The translations under genes and the position numbers were made by a program. A model generated the notes under the pieces. That model saw only the letters and a program-made list of their open reading frames with translations, had not been told where the DNA came from and made no database searches. A DNA stretch of 64,000 bases from Schmidtea polychroa (Eukaryota), in NCBI GenBank assembly GCA_044892525.1, contig CM097887.1:55614001-55678000 (forward strand), given 5' to 3'. This document shows positions 1-11,825 of this stretch, piece after piece; within the stretch, counting starts at the first letter, position 1; each line of letters starts with the position of its first letter.

Positions 1-199
1 ATGATCCTCACTTGAATAAATTCCCTCTTTACTAGATTAATAAATTTGATTTGATGATGAACTTTACTTCGAACAAATTGCCTCTTTAATAAATTATCGC
101 AAAACGATTTGATTCATCATAATGATAAAATGTCTTTATAATCAGTACTGACCTTATTATATAATCGACCGAATCTCATGGTGTAATGACATAATCTAA

Positions 200-645
200 G
201 CATATTCCTTTCAGTGTTCAAACTGTTTGAGAACCTACGGAAAGACCGAGAAGAAGCACAAAAACAGGCCGAGGATCTCCGAGCCCGAGTGGACAAACTC
301 AAGGGACGGTGCCGGGAACTAGAAAACACCTGGTTTAGTCCCGAGGATATGAAGAAGAAGGTGGCGCAGGTCCTCCAACTGCAAACCTAAGCGGCACAGG
401 ATCAGATGGAGATCCGGGCCTTGAAGCTCCAACTCCGTGCGTTAGAAACCGAACGCAATGAACAAGTGGTTCATGGAGCCGCAATAAGTCAAATCCGGCC
501 GTTGACCGTGGAGTTGGCAGCAATGTATCCTCCGGCCGCGAAAGACAAACCCAAAAGGAAGCGGCTGGGACGGAACATCCAGGAAAAATTGAAGAAAGCT
601 AGACTGGCCGAGTATGAACGCCAAGAATGGTCGACGTCCACGTAA
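200..645 (+). pseudogene. Coiled-coil 'WFSP' accessory ORF copy with one in-frame stop (TAA 388-390)
   Basis: Reads FKLFENLRKDREEAQKQAEDLRARVDKLKGRCRELENTWFSPEDMKKK...*...MEIRALKLQ...KPKRKRLGRN; colinear with the ORFs at 37869-38306 and 61283-61792. Confidence 0.8.
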
Positions 646-779
646 TCTCCGCAATATGAACAGTTATTTAGGCTATACGCCTTGAATTTTCTTTTGTTAT
701 TGTTATGGGTAAATACATTTGCGTTAGAGTATTGTATGAGGTATGTTGTTCGCAAATATTGAGTGATTGAGAATGAGTG

Positions 780-1038
780 TGTTGAGATTTTGGGAAAACA
801 ATCTCGATAAGGGACCGAAAGAAATCGGACACATACCTTCTATCGGTAGTCCGTGAACCCATAGAGTACTCGACAATTATAGTGCCTCGATGCGCTCACT
901 TTTTGCGAGTACTCAACCCTTGGTTCAGTACCAACGTTGATTACTCAACAGGTGCCAAGTGGAAAGAAAATGTTGTATTCTGGGTTACGCTGGTAACAGC
1001 ACTGAATAACAAACACCTGACCACCTGTAACCCACCAA
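780..1038. repeat. Non-coding terminal segment of the WFSP cassette, ending CCACCTGTAACCCACCA
   Basis: Reverse-complement homolog of ~37453-37700 and ~60900-61140; all three stop at the same TGGTGGGTTACAGGTGG boundary. Confidence 0.75.
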
Positions 1039-1044
1039 TAGTTA

Positions 1045-1625
1045 TTCTTTATTAAAGAAATATTTAAAAAAACTAGTGCATTTAATGTTGCAGGACTCAT
1101 TCTGTTTCTAAGTTTATTGCAAAATATCCCAGCAATAGAAAATATACGTTCCGATGCAGTAGATGTTGGTTTCACCGTCAGTAAGGCTTGATATAATTTC
1201 ATATAATCTCTCTGTTCAAGATCCATTATTTGCTTCTAATAGCTTTAACTCTTTCTCAACTGTTAGTGTAACACTATTTTCAGGAGTTTGATTTGTGAAC
1301 TTAGCAATACATTTTTGAAATACTAAATATTCACTACCTGTATCTAAATATTCGTCGGATTGTAATTTTAGTCTATCTAATTCATTAGTATTGCTTAGAA
1401 ACAAACGTACGATTAACGAAGCTGCCAATTGCTTGATTACAGCTTTCGAGGCGCAGCAAAAGAATTCGTTAAATATTGGGTACACTCCATTGTGCAATAG
1501 CATTAACAATGACGTCAAATCCTTATTTCTGCGTTGGTCAACACGTATTTTTAACGAATTTTTCAACTCCTCTGCTGAAGGTGTTACTTTTACTTATCAC
1601 TTATTTAATGGCTTAAAGTTTGTAT
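1045..1625 (-). mobile_element. hAT transposase remnant (C-terminal dimerisation domain), frameshifted
   Basis: LLTVKPTSTASERIFSIAGIFCNKLRNRMSPATLNALVFL matches the hAT C-terminal motif (P.TS...ER.FS.AG......R..L). ORFs 1216-1566 and 945-1226 are joined by a frameshift. Confidence 0.85.
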
Positions 1626-2631
1626 ACACAAAAAATTTAAATGACAAAAGGAAAATTAAATTTTAAATAGTTTTTACATATACATTATAGCAACCACCCA
1701 CAAAGCCTACTTATATAAAATTAATAGAAATAAACTTATTTTATTATAAATTCATATTCAAACCAATTGGGATGGCTAATAGCACCGTCTGCAAGAGTAT
1801 TGTATTGTAAGTGATAGAAATTATGAACAATTTCAAATGAGAAATATGATGTGAAAATTATTTGAACATCAATAATTTGTTATCCGGATATCCGATTCAA
1901 TTACCTGGGTAATAAAATACTCGAAAAAACACTCAAATTATCGGGTACCCGAATTGGAAATACTAATTGCAAGGATTGCAAATAATGAGATATATATAAT
2001 AAATCAGTGGTGACCCACTAAAAAAATCATTTTAAAAATTACAAATAAATTTAATTGTGGAAACCAAGATCGATATAATTAAAATGAGATTATTCATGCC
2101 TAAAAATCAATTATATGATTATTTTGCAATTTTTATCAATTTCTATCCTTTACGTTCTTTTAAATTTTTGTTACCGACCCAGTGTTCGAGGGATTGAATA
2201 TAGCAATCACAACGGAACCAATTCTGTTTTCTAGACCTGACTCTAGATACATATGGCAGTTTCGATACGATTGGAGTTGGACTTTCATATAGATAAAGAA
2301 GAGTAATAACGTACAAATCACAATCAATTATGATCCATGAGAAAATGCACTATATTACAAGAAACTACTGGCAGTATGTCACTCCAACAGCCTTATCGGA
2401 TATGTTAAAAATATTTCATGGCCCAAAATTCTAATTTATATTTAAGTGTGTCATTACAATAGCTTAGGAAAAAACTAAAAAAACCAATCTTTCAAAAAAT
2501 AAAAATATTTAATTTACGCTGACAAATTATAAGTAAAATATCAAGTTAAATTTTTTAAATAATTATAAAAAATAAAACAAAAGTATTCAAATTTCAAATA
2601 CACTTTTCAATATAAAAAATATATATTGACC

Positions 2632-3320
2632 AAGCTACAGGATGGAATTAAAAACCATAAAATGTGTTGAAACAATAAAATAATTATGTATCACACCTTA
2701 TTTGTGCTAATAACAAAAAAAGAAAAAATTTTGAACATAAACAATTAAATCACGAGAAAATATTTACATTAATTATGGCATTTTTACGCTGCTCAAATTG
2801 ACAATTGTAAAATTTTGTACTTGGCATTCAATTTTCATCATTTTGTAGTTATTTTTATCTAAATATAAAAAATATAATGAAGACATGATAATAATATATT
2901 AATATTAAAAATAAATAATAATAATAAAATAATAATTAATAATAATAAATAATAAAATAATAGAAATAAATAATAGTAATAAATAATAATTAAAAATAAA
3001 TAATAATAATAATAAATATAATAATAAATAAATAATAATAAAAATAAGTATAATAAAAAATCATCCATAAGCTACAGAATGGAATTAAAAACCATAAAAT
3101 GTGTTGAAACAATAAAATAATTATGTATCACACCTTATTTGTGCTAATAACAAAAAAAGAAAAATTTTTGAACATAAACAATTAAATCACGAGAAAATAT
3201 TTACATTAATTATTGATTATGGCATTTTTACGCTGCTCAAATTGACAATTGTAAAATTTTGCACTTGGCATTCGATTTTCATCATTTTGTAGTTATTTTT
3301 ATCTTAATATAAAAAAATAT
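2632..3320. repeat. ~240-bp direct duplication separated by an (AAT)n-like low-complexity tract
   Basis: AAGCTACAG.ATGGAATTAAAAACCATAAAATGTG... at ~2632-2870 recurs at ~3068-3320, next to an N gap. Confidence 0.8.
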
Positions 3321-3338
3321 AAATATAAATATTAAATA

Positions 3339-3513
3339 NNNNNNNNNNNNNNNNNNNNNNNNNNNNNNNNNNNNNNNNNNNNNNNNNNNNNNNNNNNNNN
3401 NNNNNNNNNNNNNNNNNNNNNNNNNNNNNNNNNNNNNNNNNNNNNNNNNNNNNNNNNNNNNNNNNNNNNNNNNNNNNNNNNNNNNNNNNNNNNNNNNNNN
3501 NNNNNNNNNNNNN
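3339..3513. other. Assembly gap (N run); further gaps at 4426-4636 and 63528-63739
   Basis: N characters. Confidence 1.
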
Positions 3514-3515
3514 TA

Positions 3516-6500
3516 TCAGAAATAAAAATTACCAGCTTGATAGATATCAGCCGGCAAAAATAGGGTTATTTTAGGAGATGAAAGATTTTTGTTGACATTA
3601 CTCGCGGGGAAAATGAAATTATCGGAATGGAAGGTGACAAAGTACAGGGTATCTGGCTGGCGATCGATATCGTTAATGAAGTTATCGAAAAGCGTATAGT
3701 CCTTGATTCTAGGATATATTTCCAGCTGACCGGATTTCATTTCCCGCTTCCGTTTCATTTTATTCATAATCACCGTATTGTCCCGGAATTTAGATTTCTT
3801 ATAAATCGATTCGAATTCTTTGTTGAAAATTTGGGATTTCAGTTTTGCGTTTTGTAATCGATCGTAAACCTTTACCGATTCCGCCTTGAATCTTAAACCC
3901 CAACTGTTGAGTTCTCTCGTCAATCTGAGAGTTTCGTTGATGTTCAATCCGCTTGTGTTGTTGCATATGTGACTGTTGAGAGCTTCCGATTCGGTGGCAT
4001 TCTCAAGGATGGAGAACAGAGTTCTACCGATTCGACTGTCACTGTCTGCGTGAGAAAGAAGAGATAGAGTTGTTTAGAATCGTATTTTATAATCAATAAT
4101 CACAACTTACTGACTAATTGTTTCCCAGAAAAGGAACTAGGAATAATTGGATAATCGTTTTTAAATATTGGAATATTTTTTTCGATTGGAGCTTTATAGA
4201 AGGATGAAACAATGGAATTCAATGAGTTGAAATTAAAGGTGAGAATGATAAATATTCCTAGAATGGTTGTTGATGCAGCTGTGGCTTTCAAGGCTTTACT
4301 TTTATTAATCGTTTCTGGACCTGGACGAATTACTGTTCAAATATTCAAATGAATTAATAATATTAATATAAAAAATTAATCAAATAAAATCACAATAATA
4401 AAATAATAATAAATATAAAAAAATANNNNNNNNNNNNNNNNNNNNNNNNNNNNNNNNNNNNNNNNNNNNNNNNNNNNNNNNNNNNNNNNNNNNNNNNNNN
4501 NNNNNNNNNNNNNNNNNNNNNNNNNNNNNNNNNNNNNNNNNNNNNNNNNNNNNNNNNNNNNNNNNNNNNNNNNNNNNNNNNNNNNNNNNNNNNNNNNNNN
4601 NNNNNNNNNNNNNNNNNNNNNNNNNNNNNNNNNNNNTTTATTAAAATTATTTATTCCTTGTTTCACTTTTTGCCTCTCTAAATCATAATAACGTTCTCGC
4701 CAAGTTTGAATATCTCGTTTCAATAATTGATTATCCTGTTCCAAAGCACTAAAACGTTCTCGAATATCATTAATTTGACTTTGTAAAAAATGATTTTCTT
4801 GTTTCTGTTGTTCCACTTTATGTTCCAATCTCTCGACATACTGAAATATATATATATATATATATAATTATTTCAATAAATTAACATATTTAATTTAATA
4901 AGTGGCAAGCACTCAAAAATCAATGAAATACTTCTTTTTTCCTCTGTCGACTCAAACTGGCAGCTTGGCGATTTTTAATCATTCTCTCTTGCTTTTTCAC
5001 CATCCGATCGTAATGATGGGCATCTAACACCCCATCGCAATTCGATAAAGTTTTATAAATCGAAGAGCTTTGAGTAACTTTATTTCCTTGGTTGGCATTG
5101 TAAATATCAATATACGATGGACAGTCGGGAGATTTGTAATCATCTATCATAGAAATGTCCATAAATGATGATTCATCTTTATTTTCATATAAATCGAAAT
5201 CGTGATAACTGGGAAATGAAGACAAATCATCATTAATGGAATCTTCTTTCAAAAATATATTATTGTTATTATTATTATCAGAAATAGAATTTTTGGAAGA
5301 AAACAAATCATAGCAGGAATCATTTTCATTTTTAATAGCTGCAGTTTTATTAGGAGTTTCATTGAGTTTGATTTGCTTGATGGCTTAATTGAATTAATAA
5401 TCAAAATTGTTATTAATATGAAATAAATGTTTAGAAATTATCAAAATATGGAGCAATTAATTACTTTTTCAGATTTATAATTGAGAAATTATTATTGATT
5501 TTGGAAATGTTTAAATAGGACAATCCTAAATTGGCATACTTTACTTTTAAATCTTATGCTTGCTGTACTTAAATTCTATTTTTTATACGGTTGCCGTAGT
5601 AACTCATGACATACTTATTTGCCTACGTTTCTATGGCCTATGTCTGATACATTTAGCTACTTCATTAATCGTTAAACGAAATCAAAGTTTGTATTTGTAT
5701 AAAAACTATCCTTCTCAGAATTTATATTGATTTATAATTATTATTTTCGTTAGCTAGACGCTGACACTTCTCCTTACGATGAGGAATAACAATAACAATA
5801 AAACATCGAACGCGCCGACAAACGTTCAATGCTTCATGTATTAAACCGCTACATTGTTGTCAAAATAGTCCTGGTTTCATGATTTTAAAGAAGAAATACA
5901 ATATTGGGAATATAAAACAGGTATTGCAAGTCGTGTTTTGAGTACTTTTCCGAAAATCAGAAAAATGGATTATTATTACGCGATTTATTATAATCTTCAT
6001 AAAAAATTATTAAAAATGAAATAAATTTAATAAGTTTAACTTGACCTTTAGATATATTAAAAAAAATCAAAATTATCCTACCGGAATTTTTTATTTCGTA
6101 ATAAGTAATTGGTTCCTTCTTAGAATTACTATCACTAACAATTACTGGAAATCCATCGTTACTTTTTAACAACTTTATTGGAGTTATCTTTGGAATTGTT
6201 TTTTGTAAATCCTAAAATATTATAACAAATAAATTAAAAATTAAAAATACTTTTTTGGTTTCAACAGTTTTAATAGACACAGAATGAGATTTGATAAAAT
6301 TTGGTTTTGAATTTTGGTAGTCAGAATCAACTACTTTTGGAATGATATTATAAATATGTTGCTTAACTTCTAAACCTTTTTTACTGATAAATGAGATTGG
6401 TCTTTTGACTAATTTATTTTCGTTTGATAAACAGAGTTTGCTATTTTCTGGTTTAACAACTGATACGCAGTTATTTAATTTGGAGATTTTTTCATGAGAT

Positions 6501-6841
6501 GGCAAAGAGTCAGATAATAAAAAATCTGGAGTTATTAAGGCACCATTAACATAACTATCAGCACTAATTCCACTATCACTATCAGATCCATCAACATGTC
6601 CATCGACTTTTTTCTTATCAAGATCTGCTTTTGCTGTTTCAAATGATTTAGTGACATCTTTAAGAAACTGAAATGCAAAAAAATAAAACAGATTATTTTA
6701 CGCAAAAGTAATTACAGGTTCTATATCAGGAAAAATATCAACTAAGCCACCTAAATAATAAATAAATAGTAAAAATTATGCAATATATTTACATAAATCT
6801 CCAAAATCATTTTCTTCGTAATAAAATTCATTTTCATTCAT
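3516..6841 (-). CDS. atf6: ATF6-like membrane-bound bZIP transcription factor, multi-exon and spanning an N gap; last exon(s) not resolved
   Basis: bZIP basic region QERMIKNRQAASLSRQRKKE (4930-4990); leucine zipper LEHKVEQQKQEN...LEQDNQLLKRDI (4650-4830); TM TTILGIFIILTFNF (~4230-4270); luminal motif IDRQPDTLYFVTFHSDNFIFPASNVNK...PKITLFLPA like ATF6 (RRDDTFYVVSF..DHLLLPA...PKMSL). GT-AG introns; candidate ATG at 6841. Confidence 0.88.
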
Positions 6842-7599
6842 TAAGAATTTGTTTTTAAAAATTATATAATATTATTATAAAAATAAATGTTTATTCAGAT
6901 TTTCAAATAATAAAACAAGAGATTTTGCATAACTTTTAAAATTACTGTTTCATGTGATTGTACTACCGTCTACCACTTGATCTCAAGAGGTAAAAACTAT
7001 TTTTAATATAATTAACCAATAAAAATAAATATAAAATAAATAAAATGACGGATGTTGTGTTAGGTTATTATGACTTTGCTTGACTCCAGTGTTTTTTTAA
7101 ATTATGTAATTAAAACGTACAAATTTGATATAACTGATTAAGTTGGTGATTAGAATATCGAATCAAAATTTAATCTCAAGAATCAATTATCTCGTAAAAT
7201 TGGTTCCTCAAATAAATATAAAAACATAAAAAATAAAATAAAAAATTTTTGTAGTGTTTAAAATTTTCGATAAAGGTCGTTCAAATATCTAGCTAGTGCA
7301 AATAGTAAAGGCTATGAAATCCAAGAAATCAGACAGACTGGAACTTAGATGTAGGAATATAAAAGTCACCTAGTTTAAATTCGAAGCCTAGATGAAAAAT
7401 GTCGGGAAATGAGTAAATCATATCATGTAATAACAATTAAGTCAAAAGTCAACGTCACACAGCGAAAAAAAATAATTAAATTAGAATGCACAACAACCAC
7501 ACGCGAAACATATTGCTAAGAGCAAAACAAAAAATCGCTAAAGAGAAAGACAAAGAAGTCAAAAAAATAAAAGGGCGACCGTATAAAAATGCATGGTGA

Positions 7600-8475
7600 T
7601 GTTGGCGCTCAAGGCTGTGTTATTTTAAATTTGTTAGGGGTATTTATGGATCTTTTTGTGACTCCTTTCAAAACGCCTTCATGATTATTGTCTCTATGCC
7701 ATCTGTATACCCATGACGATAACCATGTTGGTGCTGTACACAGTAGTTGAAAATCCATGAGCAGGTGAGCTCTACTGCTAAAACTACTCCTCGTGATATT
7801 TTCATTTTCGGGTTCTGTACTGCCGATAGAAAGTTTTACGTCGTTGTTCATTATCTATTTCTTTCTTGGATTATTGTTGTTGATTCATGTAATTATGGTC
7901 CTCCTTACTATATGCTTTCTAATGTTATCTCCCAAAATTTTGTGCAGGGATCCGCCCGTATTTCCCAGTATAAAGAGCCATGTATACTTTCTCCAATACT
8001 CGTGAATATATAGCTTATCCTTCAAAAATTTGAGCAGGGATCTGCTTATATTTCCAATTCTGACCTATTTGACACCCAAACCACTCGTAGGTTCTATTAT
8101 ATTGCCCAAACTTAACTTTATCTACTTCCAACCGATCTCAGTTACTCTATCATTACTCCTAACTCAATAATATTCACAAAAATAACGGTGACGGAATCGT
8201 TCTATGCTACCTCTATTTAAAACAATGCTCCAAACTGTCCAACATCCGCTGTCGCATCTGCACGAGTCCCAACAGTTCATAAACATCTTTCAATTTGAAG
8301 ACTTTAAAATCATAAAAATCATAAAAATCAAATCAAATAACATTCATGTAAACTGTAAACATTACTAAAATTCAAAAGCGAAATAAACAATAAAAATAAC
8401 AAAACAACGAAAAAATTAACTAAACTAAATTGAACTTAAAGTTTTATTAAATCATGATATAACATAAAATTACTT
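7600..8475. repeat. LTR-like repeat starting TGTTGGCGCT; second copy at 55004-55890
   Basis: Colinear ~880-bp similarity with 55004-55890; TGTTGG terminus; contains the GTGAGC...GCCGATAGAA motif. No TSD found. Confidence 0.65.
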
Positions 8476-8971
8476 AGGGGAAAAACCTTCCTTATCCTCC
8501 CGAATTCTCCTAAGCTTCCTTCACGATTTGATATTCATCTCCCTTACGTGTGCCCATGATGATAAGTCATGTTGGTATTGGCACGCAGGTTGGAACTTGC
8601 GAACAGGTGAGCTCCTGTGTTAGAACTACTCTTCGCAACATTCACGGTACGGGTTCCTGAAGGCCGATAGAAGGACTTACATCTTTACACTGTCTGTCTG
8701 AGCTATGTCTCTATTTAATCCTCTATTTACCGGGACGTTAATAGGCATCAAGGAAAATTACAACTTCTCAACCAAACGCATACTTACAAGCATAAACACA
8801 AAGATCTTTTAATAAATTATATTCTACAGATAGTACAGAACGATGTTATTAAATCACGAAAGAATTTTCATGTTAATTGTCTGCTTTTATATCAAACGTG
8901 ATCGGCACGCTCAAGCAAGCAAGATGTCTTCGCTACAGAGGCGTGACGCTGGCTTACTTATATCGTTTCTC

Positions 8972-10057
8972 TGTTGGGGTTCAGTAGGAACCGGAATTGA
9001 AGGTTCGAAATTAAATAATAATTAATTAGAAGTATAACAAAAATAGTAATAAAAAATTACCGAAAATAGAAATTAAATACTAAAATTAAAACTAAAATAT
9101 AATTAGTAATAAATAATTACTAAAAATAAAACTATAGAAATTATTTAAAATATATAATAAAAATAGTAATTAAACAATTACTATTAATAGAATTATGGAA
9201 ATAAAATTTATATAAATACTAGTTAAAAATTAGATTACAGGAGGAGAAGAAATTAGAGACAAGAAAAATCAGAAGAGAATCCCTATAGTTATAAATAGAT
9301 ACGATCAGATCATTTTAATTCGGCATTCTTGACATTTAGAATTTAACCTAAAATTTTGGGAAATTTCATTTTGTCTATTGAATCAAGAAATTTCCATAGG
9401 AATATCGATCAAGAAATTAATTACTGGAATTATATTTATCACGAAATTCCTCGGAACCAAAGGATATTTTTATCAGGATTTTTCGCATCATCTATATAAT
9501 ATCGTAACTCCAATATCTATTGGAGTATTAATTAAAGTAAAAGGAAGAAATATTAGTAACCAGTTCGACAACCAATCTGTGGTTTCTCTGGCCCTTGTTG
9601 GAATAATTAATTAGTTAGTATTTTTGATTTGAAATAGATATATACATATAAATATTTTCATTTATTTAAATTAATATTAAAAGGGATTGCAACGTCAGCA
9701 CATATTTTTTGTAGTTGTTTCGTTTCAAATATAATTTAAAGAGTTAACCAATTTCTGGGTTGACTCTATAGCGTAAAATTTGGTGAACTACCCTGCTTCT
9801 TTTCCTTACACCTATATCGGGCTGTTGGCGCATTTAGGGCCAGCCTTGATTCGTAGAAATATTCTTCAGGGCGGTTTGAATAACCGTTTTCTTTACTTAG
9901 AAAAAGGCAGCGTGGTGTAAACGTGTAACTAACTTTTTATTGATAAATAAATATTTAAAACATATTTCTTATTTATTACCTATACGCATAAATTATTTAT
10001 TGGAGTCAGATAGAACGTTTTTGTGTTAGTTCGACTACCTACCCATCGAACCTAACA
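8972..10057 (+). repeat. 5' LTR
   Basis: TGTTGGGGTTCAG...CCTAACA; same length as 22812-23897, with about 4 substitutions seen by eye. Confidence 0.97.
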
Positions 10058-10060
10058 TTT

Positions 10061-10077
10061 TGGTGAGCCCGACGTGA
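10061..10077 (+). promoter_or_regulatory. Primer-binding site, tRNA-Trp
   Basis: TGGTGAGCCCGACGTGA lies 3 nt after the LTR. Its reverse complement TCACGTCGGGCTCACCA matches the animal tRNA-Trp 3' end (TCACGTCGGGGTCACCA) with one mismatch. Confidence 0.9.
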
Positions 10078-10156
10078 TAAAATTATCAGCGGGTAGATAT
10101 TGAAATAAAACAAAATAGCGTTAGGAACTAGAGCCAGAGTAAAACTGGATAATCAA

Positions 10157-11575
10157 ATGGCAGAGGAAGCTAATGTAAATGCATTTGCCAGATATCCCGC
10201 TCTGCCCGTAAAGGCATTCAGCGGTGATCCGGGAGAATTCCCAGAGTTTATGTCTGAATATTATCAGATGGCCAAAGCATATGCCTATCCAGATAATATC
10301 ATGATACAAAGGTTACCTATATATTTGAAGGGGCTGACAAGAGAAAAATATAACGATATAATGGCATTACCAGTTGCTCAAGCACCAAAAACATGGGCGG
10401 AAATGAGAGAACAAATGACTGCCCGAATATTGCCCGGAGATGCGGGAAGAATATTTAGACAACAATTTTATCATAGAAAACAGAATATCAATGAACATGT
10501 GGGGGAATTTGCACACCAGCTATCATTAATTGCTGAAAGAGCATTTGGACCAAAAACCACATGGGCAAAGTCAACAGAATTGTTAGTTAATGATCAGCTA
10601 TGGGCAGGACTTACTCCTACAATGAGGAACGCTCTAATATTACATACTAGTGATGATTTTGACGAATTGACACGGAAAGCTGTCGTAATTGAAAGCAGCT
10701 TGGAAAAGTCAACTATGTTCCTAGTAAACAGTGAAAGAACACCGGTAGAGTGTTTCAATTGCCATAGAAAAGGGCATATAGCGAAAGATTGTACCAGCAG
10801 GAAAAGTATGGACAATCGCAAAAGTATACAATGTACCAAATGTGGACGGAATAACCACGGTGCGGAAAATTGTAGAGTGCAGAATTTGCAATGCGAAAAA
10901 TGTAAACGTAAGGGACATGTGGCTGCAGTCTGCAAGACTAGAAGCCCTCAGAACAGCAATAATTTTAGCACAATTAAAAGAGATGATGTAAATTCATCAG
11001 GAAAGATAAAATGTCACGGATGTGGGAAATTCGGACATATGATGAGGTCATGTCCTCAGAATCAGAGTGGAAATACGGGTCAGTTCAATAAAAATACCGA
11101 TAAGGCTAATGTGAACAAGCCTAAGACAACTTTTATGGTTAACCAGGATCAAGGGTTAACTTATCTGCAACAACTGGAAATGGAAATCCAGGAGGAAAAG
11201 AATAGGTTGGCTAGATTAACCGACCAAGAAGGTACCATCTTTATGGTAGAAGTTGGAAGAGATGAATTTCTCAGAAAAAAGGACTCCGTTAGGGAGGACC
11301 TTCAGGAAACGGAATCAGAGGAGAGTTCCGATGATGAACCTAGTATGCCCACCATACTAAGCGAGTTCGATAGAACCTTGCCAGGGAAAGCAAAGGTAAA
11401 AGAAGGGTCAGATACCCTAACAAAATGTTTAAAACTGGTGGATTCCAGATATGAGTACCAGCAGAAGCTGGCCAGACAATTGGGAAAATTGGGAGAAACA
11501 GAAATTAAAATTCATGAAATCGATACAGTAGTAAAACTGATATCGCAGGTCGAAGAAGTATCCAAAATATCATAA
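10157..11575 (+). CDS. gag: Gag (capsid plus four CCHC zinc knuckles); ends at a +1 frameshift
   Basis: Retrotransposon gag-like N-terminus (F.G.P.EF..F...Y...A.A...LP.YL.G); CX2CX4HX4C four times (CFNCHRKGHIAKDC, CTKCGRNNHGAENC, CEKCKRKGHVAAVC, CHGCGKFGHMMRSC). Confidence 0.93.
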   Translation: MAEEANVNAFARYPALPVKAFSGDPGEFPEFMSEYYQMAKAYAYPDNIMIQRLPIYLKGLTREKYNDIMALPVAQAPKTWAEMREQMTARILPGDAGRIFRQQFYHRKQNINEHVGEFAHQLSLIAERAFGPKTTWAKSTELLVNDQLWAGLTPTMRNALILHTSDDFDELTRKAVVIESSLEKSTMFLVNSERTPVECFNCHRKGHIAKDCTSRKSMDNRKSIQCTKCGRNNHGAENCRVQNLQCEKCKRKGHVAAVCKTRSPQNSNNFSTIKRDDVNSSGKIKCHGCGKFGHMMRSCPQNQSGNTGQFNKNTDKANVNKPKTTFMVNQDQGLTYLQQLEMEIQEEKNRLARLTDQEGTIFMVEVGRDEFLRKKDSVREDLQETESEESSDDEPSMPTILSEFDRTLPGKAKVKEGSDTLTKCLKLVDSRYEYQQKLARQLGKLGETEIKIHEIDTVVKLISQVEEVSKIS

Positions 11576-11825
11576 CGACACGTACAAAATCCTAAGGAAA
11601 TTAGGAAAACTCATGGAACATGAGTGGAATCTCCAAGATGCCCAGCTCAATATAAAACTCCCACAGGATAGAGAGTATAATCTCGATATAAATGTAAGAA
11701 GTCGAGCCGATAAATTAATGGAAACGTTGACAAGTATTAAGCATCAAGGATATGACTTATACTTATGTGGAATAAAATAAGAAGCAAACCAAACACTTCT
11801 ACAGAACGGGATACTCCCAGGTAGA

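Noticed and set aside
1880-1985. hAT terminal inverted repeat for the transposase remnant (CAAGGATTGCAA, TATCCGGATATCCG)
   Set aside because: Orientation is ambiguous and no partner TIR or TSD was found.
2150-2420. Possible terminal ATF6 exon (IIIDCDL resembling QIDCEV)
   Set aside because: The match is too short and the splice phase cannot be verified across the N gap.
2859-3068. Hydrophobic ORFs here and at 33643-33873, 34361-34792, 36718-36930, 39635-39932 and 46109-46483
   Set aside because: Translations of AT-rich low-complexity or microsatellite DNA (F/L/I/Y-rich), not membrane proteins.
7760-7842. Calling the conserved motif a known ribozyme (hammerhead, HDV-like, twister)
   Set aside because: Required core nucleotides (CUGANGA/GAAA; HDV J4/2 C plus P1.1; twister UAA/GC/CCC) could not be placed on either strand.
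8843-9614. ORFs 8843-9025, 9378-9614, 22662-22865 and 23218-23454
   Set aside because: They lie in or across the LTRs, use non-ATG or AT-rich frames, and are duplicated only because the LTR is.
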